Shown in pieces: positions 1 through 9,392 of a stretch of DNA of 64,000 nt (position 1 is the first letter of the stretch; each line of letters begins with the position of its first letter). Source of the stretch: an uncultured Bacteriovoracaceae bacterium. Lineage in GTDB: Bacteria > Bdellovibrionota > Bacteriovoracia > Bacteriovoracales > Bacteriovoracaceae. A program made the translations under genes and the position numbers. The notes under the pieces were generated by a model. That model saw nothing but the letters and a program-made list of their open reading frames with translations. It was not told the origin of the DNA and did no database searches. The stretch spans positions 64,001-128,000 of the forward strand of contig CAXGUD010000005.1 of assembly GCA_964012805.1 (NCBI GenBank), read 5' to 3'.

Positions 1-2
1 AA

Positions 3-680
3 AGTTTTTTTCTCCATAGATACGCTGCACATAGAATGTTCAAGATGAACTCTTTTTTTGAAAAGTTTTTTTATATTTTAACTTTTATTTCTCAAGGTCC
101 CTCGTTCTTAAATCCTTCTGCCTACGCAGAAATGCACAGAAGACACCACTCCTATAGTGATACAGAAAAAGATCCTCACTCACCTCATTTTCATAACTCT
201 CTTTCCTCCTTAATGAAAAAGACATACTCGGAATATATGTCCCTATTAGACGAAAACTTTGTCTTTAAAAAAATTAATCATACCCCTAAGTGGACTTTTT
301 TAGACAGACTTGCAGACTCTTGGTTTACTAGAATCACTTGGATTCTTATTTACACAGCTCTTTACCTTCACTTTAGTAACCTCTGGTTGGCCCTCATTTG
401 TGTTCCGATACACTCCCTAATGGGACCAATTCATGGTGCAATTGTTAACTGGTGTGGGCATAAATACGGTTATAGAAACTTTGATTTAGGAGACAAATCT
501 AAAAATACTCTCTTTCTTGATTTTCTTATGATGGGGGAACTTTACCAAAATAACCATCACCATCACCCTCAAAAGCTTAACTTTGCTATCCGCTGGTTTG
601 AAAAAGACCCTGTCTATATGATGGCCAAAATAATGGAAAAACTTCGTGTAATTAAAATAAAGGAGTCCCAAACATGTTAG
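3..680 (+). CDS. Membrane acyl-CoA/acyl-lipid fatty acid desaturase (delta-9-like), 5'-truncated by the window edge
   Basis: The frame stays open upstream of ATG 36 to position 3 (SFFLHRYAAHRM), which supplies His box 1 (HRYAAH). His box 2 is HRRHH followed by SDTEKDPHSP, and His box 3 is QNNHH. The true start lies before the window. Confidence 0.9.
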   Translation, partial: SFFLHRYAAHRMFKMNSFFEKFFYILTFISQGPSFLNPSAYAEMHRRHHSYSDTEKDPHSPHFHNSLSSLMKKTYSEYMSLLDENFVFKKINHTPKWTFLDRLADSWFTRITWILIYTALYLHFSNLWLALICVPIHSLMGPIHGAIVNWCGHKYGYRNFDLGDKSKNTLFLDFLMMGELYQNNHHHHPQKLNFAIRWFEKDPVYMMAKIMEKLRVIKIKESQTC

Positions 681-1696
681 GAAATTACCTTTTAGAAAAA
701 AACCTCTTACCAGACTCTCTCATAAAATGGAAAATTAAAGGCCTTTTGGGACAAAGACTAAAAGACGAAAACCAGGGAAGTATTGAAAAAAATAGTATCC
801 ACTTAAAAAAACTCTGCTCAGAGTTATCATCAGGACCAATAGCAGAGCAAGTTCAAGCGGCCAATGAGCAACACTATGAAGTTCCAACGGAGTTTTATAA
901 AAAAGTCTTAGGGAAACATTTAAAGTATAGTTGCTGCCTCTGGAATAAGGCAAAAAGTCTTGACGAAGCAGAATTAGAAATGCTCGAAGCCTATGCGGAA
1001 AGAGCGGAACTAAAAAATGGTCAAACTATTCTCGACCTAGGTTGCGGCTGGGGTTCTCTAAGTCTTTTTCTTGCAAAAAAATATCCAGATTCAAAAATTA
1101 TCAGTGTATCAAACTCATCAACTCAAAAAGCTTATATAGACTCAGAAATAGAAAAAAGGAAATTACATAATTTAAATGTCATCACCCAAAATATAAATAA
1201 CTTCCAAACAGACATTCAATTCGACAGAGTTCTCTCTATTGAAATGTTTGAACATATGAGAAATTATAAAGAGCTACTTGGTAAGGTTTCATCTTTTTTA
1301 AAAAATGATGGTAAATTATTTGTCCATATTTTTGTACATAAAGATTATACCTACTATTTTGATGTAAAAGATGAAACAGATTGGATGAGCCGATACTTTT
1401 TCAGTGGTGGAATTATGCCAAGTGAACATCTTCTCTATTATTTCAATGAACATTTAAAAATTGAAAAAACCTGGACGGTTTCTGGTGAGCACTACAAAAA
1501 AACCTCTTATGGCTGGCTGGATAATATGGATGCCAATAAAGATGAAATACTAAAATTATTCAAAAAATGTTATGGCGAAGGTCAAGAAAAAAAATGGTTT
1601 AGCTATTGGAGGGTTTTCTTCTTATCATGTGCAGAATTGTGGGGGTTTGAAGATGGTAACGAGTGGTATGTAGGGCACTACCTTTTAAAAAAATAA
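674..1696 (+). CDS. SAM-dependent methyltransferase, CFA-synthase / coclaurine N-methyltransferase-like
   Basis: ANEQHYEVP, LKYSCC, SAM motif ILDLGCGWGSL, SIEMFEHMRN and WMSRYFFSGGIMPS; overlaps the desaturase stop. Confidence 0.88.
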   Translation: MLGNYLLEKNLLPDSLIKWKIKGLLGQRLKDENQGSIEKNSIHLKKLCSELSSGPIAEQVQAANEQHYEVPTEFYKKVLGKHLKYSCCLWNKAKSLDEAELEMLEAYAERAELKNGQTILDLGCGWGSLSLFLAKKYPDSKIISVSNSSTQKAYIDSEIEKRKLHNLNVITQNINNFQTDIQFDRVLSIEMFEHMRNYKELLGKVSSFLKNDGKLFVHIFVHKDYTYYFDVKDETDWMSRYFFSGGIMPSEHLLYYFNEHLKIEKTWTVSGEHYKKTSYGWLDNMDANKDEILKLFKKCYGEGQEKKWFSYWRVFFLSCAELWGFEDGNEWYVGHYLLKK

Positions 1697-1716
1697 TTAA
1701 ATGATAAGAGGGAAAA

Positions 1717-2976
1717 ATGAAACAAAAAATGGCGGTCATAGGCACTGGTATCGCAGGAATGTCGGCAGCATACTTTCTTCATAAAGATTATGATCTCACT
1801 GTTTTTGAAAAAAAAGACTATATAGGTGGGCATTCAAATACAATTGATGTAAAAAAACCAGAGGAGGCATCTTTTGATACAGGCTTTATGGTTTTTAATT
1901 TTGAAACATATCCTAACCTTGTAAAGCTTTTTAAAAAATTGGATGTGAAAATAAAAAAAAGCGATATGAGCTTTAGTGTCCAAAATAAGACAAAGGGCCT
2001 GGAATATTCAGGATCAAGTCTTAACCACCTTTTTTCTCAACGAAAAAACCTTCTTAATCCCTCCTACTATAAGTTTCTAATGGAGATTAATAGGTTTAAT
2101 CAAAATGCTCCTAAATTACTTGAAGGTACTCGCAATGAATACTTAACAATAGGAGAATACATTGAAAACGAACGGTATTCTTCATCTTTTCTTGAAGATT
2201 ACCTGATCCCGATGAGTTCTGCCGTTTGGTCCACCCCCCCAAATAAAATGCTGAATTTTCCAGTTACAACTTTAGTACAATTCTTTTTTAACCATGGTTT
2301 TTTGGGATTAAACACACAACACCAATGGTATACAGTTGATGGAGGTAGCAGGAATTATTGCAAAAAATTAACAAAACCATTTGCCGAAAAGATTCACATT
2401 AACTCTGCTGTTAGAGGCGTTTTTAAGGAAAAAGATGGAAGTGTGAGTATTCAAACAGATGATGGAAAACAAATTTTTGACAAAGTTGTCTTGGCCTGCC
2501 ATGGTGATGAGGCTTTAAGAATGCTTCAAAATCCGACTGAACAACAACTGAAAATATTAACTTCTTTTCGATATGAAAAAAATAGGGCAACCGTTCACAC
2601 AGATACCTCATTGATGCCATCAAAAAAAATGGCCTGGTCAAGTTGGAATTATATTTTTAGAAAAGTCGATAATGAAATAAGCGCCTCAACCGTTTACTAT
2701 ATGAATAAACTTCAAGGAGTTTCAAATAAAAATCATTTTTTTATTTCAATTAATGGTGAACAAGAAATTGATCAAGATAAAATATTAAAAGTAATAGATT
2801 ATGATCACCCTCTTTTTGATATCGAGGCAATAAAAGCTCAGAAGCTCCTCCCTAGCTTGAATAATGATACCTCCATCTACTTTACTGGTAGTTATTTTAG
2901 ATATGGGTTTCATGAAGATGCGTTACTCTCCTCCGTGAATCTATGTGAGTCCATACTAAAGCGGAGTGTCATTTGA
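1717..2976 (+). CDS. FAD-dependent oxidoreductase (COG2907, amine-oxidase-like; UfaD-like)
   Basis: Rossmann motif VIGTGIAGMSAA, GGHSNT, DTGFMVFN..TYPNL, AWSSWNY and C-terminal GFHEDAL; RBS GAGGG upstream. Confidence 0.88.
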   Translation: MKQKMAVIGTGIAGMSAAYFLHKDYDLTVFEKKDYIGGHSNTIDVKKPEEASFDTGFMVFNFETYPNLVKLFKKLDVKIKKSDMSFSVQNKTKGLEYSGSSLNHLFSQRKNLLNPSYYKFLMEINRFNQNAPKLLEGTRNEYLTIGEYIENERYSSSFLEDYLIPMSSAVWSTPPNKMLNFPVTTLVQFFFNHGFLGLNTQHQWYTVDGGSRNYCKKLTKPFAEKIHINSAVRGVFKEKDGSVSIQTDDGKQIFDKVVLACHGDEALRMLQNPTEQQLKILTSFRYEKNRATVHTDTSLMPSKKMAWSSWNYIFRKVDNEISASTVYYMNKLQGVSNKNHFFISINGEQEIDQDKILKVIDYDHPLFDIEAIKAQKLLPSLNNDTSIYFTGSYFRYGFHEDALLSSVNLCESILKRSVI

Positions 2977-3731
2977 AGTCTAAAATATTTATAGGAAAAG
3001 TTCACCATATCAGGACTCGTCCTATTAAATATTCACTTTCTCTAAAACACTTTATGTTTTTTTTAGACTTAGATGACTTAGAAAGCCTTGATAATTTTTT
3101 TCCTTTACTCAGTTATAAAAGAAAAGGAATTTTTAATTTCAATAAAAAGGACCACTATATTTTTAACAAAAAAAATTTAAAAGATCATTTCAAAGACATA
3201 ACAAAAAAGGATATTCATAAAATATTTTTTCTAACAAATCTTAGGATATTTGGTTATGTATTTAATCCCATTAGTGTCTTTTTTTGTTTTGATAAAAACA
3301 AGAAGCTTTCTTCTGTTATTTATGAGGTTGGGAATACATTTAAAGAGCAAAAAATTTTCGATAAATCCATTGTAAAAAATAATAAAGCTTCGCTAAAAAC
3401 AAAAAAATTATTTTATGTCTCCCCATTTATTCCCTTAGATACAGTTTTTCATTTTTTTTCTCAAATAATTAGTGAAGAAAAAACTGAACAACTTTTTTTA
3501 AAAGTTGATAGTATTCAAAATGATTCTAAAATTCTCACAGCAACTTTTAGCTCAAAATCAAAAGAGATCAATTACAAGAATCTAATTTCTCTTATTTTTT
3601 CCTTTCCTTTTCAAACGCTGAGAATTATTTTCTTGATCCATTGGCATGCTTTTATACTTTGGTTTAAAAAATTGAAATATATAAAAAAGAATGAGAACAA
3701 AGATAAACAGACAGAGGTACTTTATGGATAA
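2973..3731 (+). CDS. DUF1365 family protein (UfaO-like)
   Basis: H.R..P..Y, LRIFGYVFNPISVFFC, YEVGNTF, KLFYVSPF and IHWHAFILWFK are hallmark DUF1365 motifs; TTG start overlaps the upstream stop. Confidence 0.88.
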   Translation: MKSKIFIGKVHHIRTRPIKYSLSLKHFMFFLDLDDLESLDNFFPLLSYKRKGIFNFNKKDHYIFNKKNLKDHFKDITKKDIHKIFFLTNLRIFGYVFNPISVFFCFDKNKKLSSVIYEVGNTFKEQKIFDKSIVKNNKASLKTKKLFYVSPFIPLDTVFHFFSQIISEEKTEQLFLKVDSIQNDSKILTATFSSKSKEINYKNLISLIFSFPFQTLRIIFLIHWHAFILWFKKLKYIKKNENKDKQTEVLYG

Positions 3732-4974
3732 TCAATCAAATTACCAACAAAATTTTTTCGATAAAACCTGCCAAGACATGATCTTATCCCATCTTAAAAG
3801 TATGGAAAAGGGTCATTTAAGTCTAACCCTGCCCAATGGTAAAAATTTCATTTATGGAAAAGATTTAAAAGCTCCAAAGGTAGAGCTTCAAATAAAGAAT
3901 CCTAAAATTTTTCAGGATATTATTTTAAAAGGAGATATTGGGTTTGGTGAAGGTTATGTGAAAGGATATTGGGACACCCCCTGTATTTTTAATGTTATTT
4001 CCTGGTTTATTCTCAATATTGACCAAGGCATTTCTATCTCAGGTAGCAAGAAAAAAGGATCTACTTTTGTTAACCTATTCAAGTTTATAAATAAAGTGGG
4101 CCATAAATTAAAAGATAATACAATAAAGGGTAGTAAAAAGAATATTGAGGACCATTATGATATTTCAAATGACTTTTATCAAACTTTTCTTGATAAAAGT
4201 ATGACCTATTCCTGTGCTCTTTTTGATCAACAACAAAAAGACTTAGAAACTGCCCAAAGGGATAAATACCTCTCTCTTGCAAAAAAGCTTAAAATTACAT
4301 CTTCTGATCATGTTCTAGAAATAGGCACTGGCTGGGGCGGGCTTTCTCTTCTCTTAGTAAAAGAATTTGGATGTAAAGTCACAACTATTACCATATCTGA
4401 GGAACAATTTGAGTACGCCAAGGAGCTTCATAAAAAAGAAAATGTTGATCATAAAATTGATCTTAAATTAATGGATTACAGAAACTTAAAAGGGACTTAC
4501 GATAAAATTATATCAATTGAAATGCTTGAAGCAGTTGGACATAAATTCTATAATACTTTTTTCAAAAAAGTTAATGAAGTACTTGCACCAAAAGGGTTAA
4601 TCGGGCTTCAAGTTATCACATCCCCTCACAGCCGTTACAAGGAATTTAGAAAAGGAATTGACTGGATTCAGAAACATATTTTTCCTGGATCTCTTTTACC
4701 CTCTATTCACACAATGAACCAATCTTTAGTCAAAAATGGCGGTTTCGAACTTTACTCCTTGAAGGATATGGGACAAGATTATGCTCTAACATTAAATAAG
4801 TGGGCCGAGAACTTCAACAACAATATTAATCAAGTGGAAAAGCTGGGTTTCTCTAAAGAGTTTATTAGAAAATGGAATTATTATTTAAAATATTGTGAAG
4901 CTGCTTTTTTTCAAAAAAATATTAGTGTTGTTCAATTAATCTATTCCAAGCCCAATAATTTACTCGCTCACTAA
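3724..4974 (+). CDS. cfa: Cyclopropane-fatty-acyl-phospholipid synthase family methyltransferase (UfaM/Cfa-like)
   Basis: GDIGFGEGYVKGYW, SKKNIEDHYDISNDFY, MTYSCA, VLEIGTGWGG, SIEMLEAVG and DWIQKHIFPGS. Start moved from 3691 to ATG 3724, which follows a GAGGT RBS. Confidence 0.88.
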   Translation: MDNQSNYQQNFFDKTCQDMILSHLKSMEKGHLSLTLPNGKNFIYGKDLKAPKVELQIKNPKIFQDIILKGDIGFGEGYVKGYWDTPCIFNVISWFILNIDQGISISGSKKKGSTFVNLFKFINKVGHKLKDNTIKGSKKNIEDHYDISNDFYQTFLDKSMTYSCALFDQQQKDLETAQRDKYLSLAKKLKITSSDHVLEIGTGWGGLSLLLVKEFGCKVTTITISEEQFEYAKELHKKENVDHKIDLKLMDYRNLKGTYDKIISIEMLEAVGHKFYNTFFKKVNEVLAPKGLIGLQVITSPHSRYKEFRKGIDWIQKHIFPGSLLPSIHTMNQSLVKNGGFELYSLKDMGQDYALTLNKWAENFNNNINQVEKLGFSKEFIRKWNYYLKYCEAAFFQKNISVVQLIYSKPNNLLAH

Positions 4975-4985
4975 AGAGGTCTTAA

Positions 4986-5579
4986 TTGAGAAAGAGAGAT
5001 TCACAAAAATCAATTTCACACATTCTTGATATAGCAGCGACCATCTTTATTAAAAATGGAAAAGAAGGTGCCAGGATCGATGATGTCGCCCATCATTCCA
5101 AATTTAATAAAGCGCTTATTTATCACTACTTTAAAAATAAAGACGATTTATATGCAAAAACTCTCATCAATATATTAGGAAAAATAAAAAGAGGATATAA
5201 AGAGCTCCCACCATCTTTAGATGGTGCCCTTCTTTTTTGGCTTAACAAAGCAGAAAAAAGCAAAGAAGTCATTAAGATTATGTTGAGAGACTCTTTAGAA
5301 GACAAACCATTAGGCCTAAAGATTATCAAGGACATTTTAAATGAAAGCTACGAGCATGGAGAAAAGGAAATAAGAAAGAAAAAAAATGAAGGCCTAATCG
5401 ATCCAAATATTGATGAGAGGTACCTCCTGTTTTTAATTACATGTATCATAATTACTCCCTATAGTTTTCCTGGTCTCACAAAGTCTATCGTTGGGGTATC
5501 GCCCTATTCAAAATCTTTTAAAACTAACTTTTCACTGATTCTTACTCAATTTTCAAAAGGCCTTAAAGATGTATCCTAA
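4986..5579 (+). CDS. TetR/AcrR family transcriptional regulator
   Basis: N-terminal HTH ILDIAATIFIKNGKEGARIDDVAHHSKFNKALIYHYFKNKDDLY; TTG start after GAGGT. Confidence 0.88.
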   Translation: MRKRDSQKSISHILDIAATIFIKNGKEGARIDDVAHHSKFNKALIYHYFKNKDDLYAKTLINILGKIKRGYKELPPSLDGALLFWLNKAEKSKEVIKIMLRDSLEDKPLGLKIIKDILNESYEHGEKEIRKKKNEGLIDPNIDERYLLFLITCIIITPYSFPGLTKSIVGVSPYSKSFKTNFSLILTQFSKGLKDVS

Positions 5580-6132
5580 AAAAAATGTGAGTTCTTTCAG
5601 TATTACCACTTTTTTAAGAAGGTTTATCCCTTTAAGTCTCTTAATTTTCTCTTGTATCCCGTCTGCTTTATCCTCCACAAAAATTACTTTGCCCAAAGAT
5701 CGTGAAGCAAGAGTCATTAAGTTTTTTAATTCTGCAAATTTTTCAAACATGAAATCGCTTTGTGAAAAATTTTATCATCCAAAAATCATTTTTGACGATC
5801 CACTTGGTACCATTGAGGGTCGCAGTGAAATGATAAAATACTACCTAAACCTCTACCAAAACGTCGTTGATATAAAGTTTGATTTCAAAGATTCAACGAA
5901 GAATAATTCTAATTCATACATGTTTTCCTGGGTGATGTACTTAAAGACTAAGAGTCTTAAGTCGGGTGAAGAGATCAAACTTGAAGGTGTTTCTCACTTA
6001 AAATTTGATCCAAAAACCAATCTCGTCATTTACCACAGAGATTATTTTGATATGGGTGCCTTTATTTATGAACACATCCCACTCGTTGGTAGCTTAATTA
6101 GATATATAAAAAGAAAGCTTTCAAGTCACTAA
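5569..6132 (+). CDS. SnoaL/NTF2-like protein with a probable N-terminal signal or anchor
   Basis: FYHPKIIFDDPLGTIEG, W.M, and HRDYFDMGAFIYEHIPLVG; hydrophobic N-terminus. Confidence 0.8.
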   Translation: MYPKKNVSSFSITTFLRRFIPLSLLIFSCIPSALSSTKITLPKDREARVIKFFNSANFSNMKSLCEKFYHPKIIFDDPLGTIEGRSEMIKYYLNLYQNVVDIKFDFKDSTKNNSNSYMFSWVMYLKTKSLKSGEEIKLEGVSHLKFDPKTNLVIYHRDYFDMGAFIYEHIPLVGSLIRYIKRKLSSH

Positions 6133-8507
6133 ACCTTTTCAAAAGAGACAACAAGGGACTTCGATACAGGCGTAAAGCTTCTGTGCGCATGATTTTCAAG
6201 ATGAACTAATTCATTTGACTCCGGAAAATAAGTTGCTGTACAGCCTCTCGGTATATCAAAAGGCACAATAAAAAAGTTTTTTACAACCCTTTGACCTTCT
6301 CCGAAATAACTTACTATATTGACCTTATCTTTTTCCACAAACCCTTCTCTGACCATATCTTCAGAGTTCATGAATACAACCCTCCTCTGGCCATAAATGC
6401 CTCTATAACGGTCATTCTTTCCATAAATGGTCGTATTAAATTGATCATGAGTACGAATCGTCATCATATGATACTGATCTTTCTTTAGTTTCCAACCTGG
6501 GAGGTTATGCAGTGTAAAGAGGGCCTTGCCATTTTTTGTTGTAAAACGGCATTCATCCCTTACAGGATGGGGTAAATAAAACCCAGCGCGACCTTTTACT
6601 CTCTTATTATAATCTTTAAAATCAGGAATACTTTTTTCTATTAAGTTTCTTATCAAGTCATAATTTTCACGGAACCCTTTCCAATCTAATATAGGTATTC
6701 CTTTTTGCTCTCTTTTTTTAAGAACCCTCTCAGCAATTTCAGAAATAATAGAAACCTCGCTCTTCAAATCATGATCAATGGGCTCTTGTGCCCCCTTCGA
6801 GGAGTGAACAAAACTCATTGAATTTTCTACAGTCACAAACTGGATTCCTTGACTTGTTTCATCTTTTTCAGAGCGGGCCAAACAAGGGAGGATTAAAGCT
6901 TCATCACCAGTTACAAGGTGAGATCGATTTAAGTTTATAGAAACCTGAACCGTCATTGCACAATTTTGAAGGGCCCTCGCTGTTCTATGGGTATCTGGAG
7001 TAGCCGATAAAAAATTTCCTCCAAGAGCAAAAAATAAATCTACCTGTTTATCCTCCATGGCCTTAATGACTTCAACAGTGTTAAAACCTGCTTTTCTAGG
7101 AAAGGAGTAATCAAAAGCTTTATCTAGATTATCTATGAAAGAATCCGATGGTTTCTCATGAATTCCCATCGTCCTATCTCCTTGAACATTACTATGCCCT
7201 CTAACAGGACAAGCTCCTGCTCCAGGTTTACCAAAGTTACCTTTTAACAAAAGAAGGTTAACTATTTCTTGAATATTACTAACAGCATTTTCATGCTGAG
7301 TAAGACCCATGGCCCAACATATAATTGTCCTATTACTTTTCAAATAAGCTTCTGCAAGAGATTCCATTTCTTTTTTAAAAACCCCTGCGCCTATAATTAA
7401 ATTATCCCAGGAAGTATTTAAAATATTTTTTTGAAATTCTTCAAAACCAATGGTCTTTTCTTTTATAAAATTTAAATCAAGTGAAAAACTATTATTTGGA
7501 TCCGAAACCTTTTCAAAAATTGACTTCATAACTCCTTTAAAGAAAGGCACGTCTCCATTAATTTTTATAGGTATGTGATGATAAGCTAAGGGAAGACCCA
7601 AGCCTAAAAGCCCCTCCAGTTTTTGAGGGTTTGCAAAAGAAGCTGTCCCGGATTCAAAAAGAGGATTAATAGAAACAACTCTTGCCCCTTTCTCAGTAAC
7701 TGCTTTTTGAAGAGCCGAAAGCATCCTCGGGTGATTGGTCCCTGGGTTTTGCCCTACAACCAAAATAAGCTCTGCTTCATTGAAGTCATCTAATGTGACG
7801 GTTCCCTTGCCGATGCCAATTGATTCACCTAATGCCACACCACTCGACTCATGACACATATTAGAACAATCTGGAAGGTTATTTGTGCCCAATAGTCTGA
7901 CAAAAAGCTGGTACAAAAAAGCTGCTTCATTACTAGTTCTTCCTGAAGTATAAAAACTTGCCCTCTCCTGAGATTTTAGAGAACAAATCTTCTTAGAAAT
8001 TAGGTCAAAAGCATTGGCCCAACTAACTTCTTCATAGTGTGATGAGCCTTTGGCCAAATACATTGGTTTGGTTAAACGACCAAGCTCAGTCAACCATAAG
8101 TCACTTTTTAAGGAAAGCTCCTCAACACTCCACTTTTTAAAAAATGAAGATTTAATTTTTTTATCGGTTCCTTCAAGGCTTAAGGCCTTTGCTCCATTTT
8201 CACAAAATTCAGCAAAGGATCTCTTCTCGGGATCAGGCCAGGCACAGCCGGAGCAATCAAAACCTTCCTTTTGATTAACTTGACCCAAAATTTTTAAACC
8301 TTTCTTTAGACCCATTCTAGAGAAGATATGATTCCCTGTAGATAAAACAGCTTTTGGGCCAGCTGCTTTTGTTGCCTTTACACCAATTATGAGGGGGTCC
8401 TCAGTTTCTGGGCAGAGAGGATAAACAAACCTTTTTCCTGGCTCTTGTATTGGCACTTGGTTTTCCCCATCTTTCATTTTATCATCACTCATAAAGAATC
8501 CTTTCAT
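6129..8507 (-). CDS. FdhF/YdeP family molybdopterin oxidoreductase
   Basis: GFDCSGCAWPDP, EFCENGAKA, FYTSGRTSNEAAF, NNLPDCSNMCHES, GACPVRGHSNVQGDRTMG and RTHDQFNTTIY. The start may be ATG 8492. Confidence 0.92.
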   Translation of the reverse strand: MKGFFMSDDKMKDGENQVPIQEPGKRFVYPLCPETEDPLIIGVKATKAAGPKAVLSTGNHIFSRMGLKKGLKILGQVNQKEGFDCSGCAWPDPEKRSFAEFCENGAKALSLEGTDKKIKSSFFKKWSVEELSLKSDLWLTELGRLTKPMYLAKGSSHYEEVSWANAFDLISKKICSLKSQERASFYTSGRTSNEAAFLYQLFVRLLGTNNLPDCSNMCHESSGVALGESIGIGKGTVTLDDFNEAELILVVGQNPGTNHPRMLSALQKAVTEKGARVVSINPLFESGTASFANPQKLEGLLGLGLPLAYHHIPIKINGDVPFFKGVMKSIFEKVSDPNNSFSLDLNFIKEKTIGFEEFQKNILNTSWDNLIIGAGVFKKEMESLAEAYLKSNRTIICWAMGLTQHENAVSNIQEIVNLLLLKGNFGKPGAGACPVRGHSNVQGDRTMGIHEKPSDSFIDNLDKAFDYSFPRKAGFNTVEVIKAMEDKQVDLFFALGGNFLSATPDTHRTARALQNCAMTVQVSINLNRSHLVTGDEALILPCLARSEKDETSQGIQFVTVENSMSFVHSSKGAQEPIDHDLKSEVSIISEIAERVLKKREQKGIPILDWKGFRENYDLIRNLIEKSIPDFKDYNKRVKGRAGFYLPHPVRDECRFTTKNGKALFTLHNLPGWKLKKDQYHMMTIRTHDQFNTTIYGKNDRYRGIYGQRRVVFMNSEDMVREGFVEKDKVNIVSYFGEGQRVVKNFFIVPFDIPRGCTATYFPESNELVHLENHAHRSFTPVSKSLVVSFEKV

Positions 8508-9336
8508 TTCCTGCGTAACAATTAAAACTCTCTTCCTTTAAAAAACCTACTAGGGTCATTTTATTCTTCTTTGCCAAAGAAACTGCAAAAGAAGAAGGAG
8601 CTCCAATACCTGCAACATATCTTACACCAGACTTAGAAGCTTTTTGGATTAGCTCAAAGCTTATCCGTCCACTTAAAAGAAGCACGCCTGCTTTGGGATT
8701 AACCCTCTTCAAAAGACAATGACCGAACAATTTATCAACTGCATTGTGTCTTCCTACGTCCTCTCGCAAAGCCACCATATTTCCTTCAAAGTCCACCAAC
8801 ATTGCTCCGTGAAGGCCTCCTGTTTTTTTAAATATATCCTGATTTTTTCTTAAAATACTTGGAAGAGAAAAGAAAAAGTTACTTGGAAGAAAATCATTTC
8901 TTATCTTCTCTTCTAATTCTTTTTCACACTTAAGGTTTTGTAAAACGTCTAAACTTTCAATAGAGGTTTTACCACATACACCGCAACTAGAGCTCATATA
9001 ACTACTTCTTTTTAAAGTATCTAAATTGATAGGCTCTTTGGTTAAATAAACACATATATGAGCGTCCTTACCCTCTTCAGATACAACTCCATACTCGTTC
9101 CAGTCAATATCATCATAAGAACTTATGATTCCTTCTGCCAATAAATAACCAACAACTAGATCTTGATCATGCCCAGGTGTTCTCATTGTCAAACTAAGAG
9201 ACTTCTTTTTCCCTCTATAGGAAATTTTCATCTCAAGAGGTTCTTCTATCGCCAAAAAGTCCTCTTGACTTATGAAGTTCCTCCTACCCTTGCAATAAGT
9301 CACTGTTTTTTGAGTATCAATCGCAAATATAGACAC
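8485..9336 (-). CDS. fdhD: Formate dehydrogenase accessory sulfurtransferase FdhD
   Basis: EEPLE, TMRTPG, SSCGVCG, TGGLHGA, EDVGRHNAVDK and GAPSS. Confidence 0.95.
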   Translation of the reverse strand: MSIFAIDTQKTVTYCKGRRNFISQEDFLAIEEPLEMKISYRGKKKSLSLTMRTPGHDQDLVVGYLLAEGIISSYDDIDWNEYGVVSEEGKDAHICVYLTKEPINLDTLKRSSYMSSSCGVCGKTSIESLDVLQNLKCEKELEEKIRNDFLPSNFFFSLPSILRKNQDIFKKTGGLHGAMLVDFEGNMVALREDVGRHNAVDKLFGHCLLKRVNPKAGVLLLSGRISFELIQKASKSGVRYVAGIGAPSSFAVSLAKKNKMTLVGFLKEESFNCYAGNERILYE

Positions 9337-9392
9337 TTACTCTCCCTAATTTCTCTATTTTTTAAAGGTGTTTTATACGAAAATGAGTCTTT

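Noticed and set aside
6129..8507. Selenocysteine formate dehydrogenase
   Set aside because: The ORF is uninterrupted and has Cys in CSNMCHES; it is YdeP-like with no in-frame TGA.
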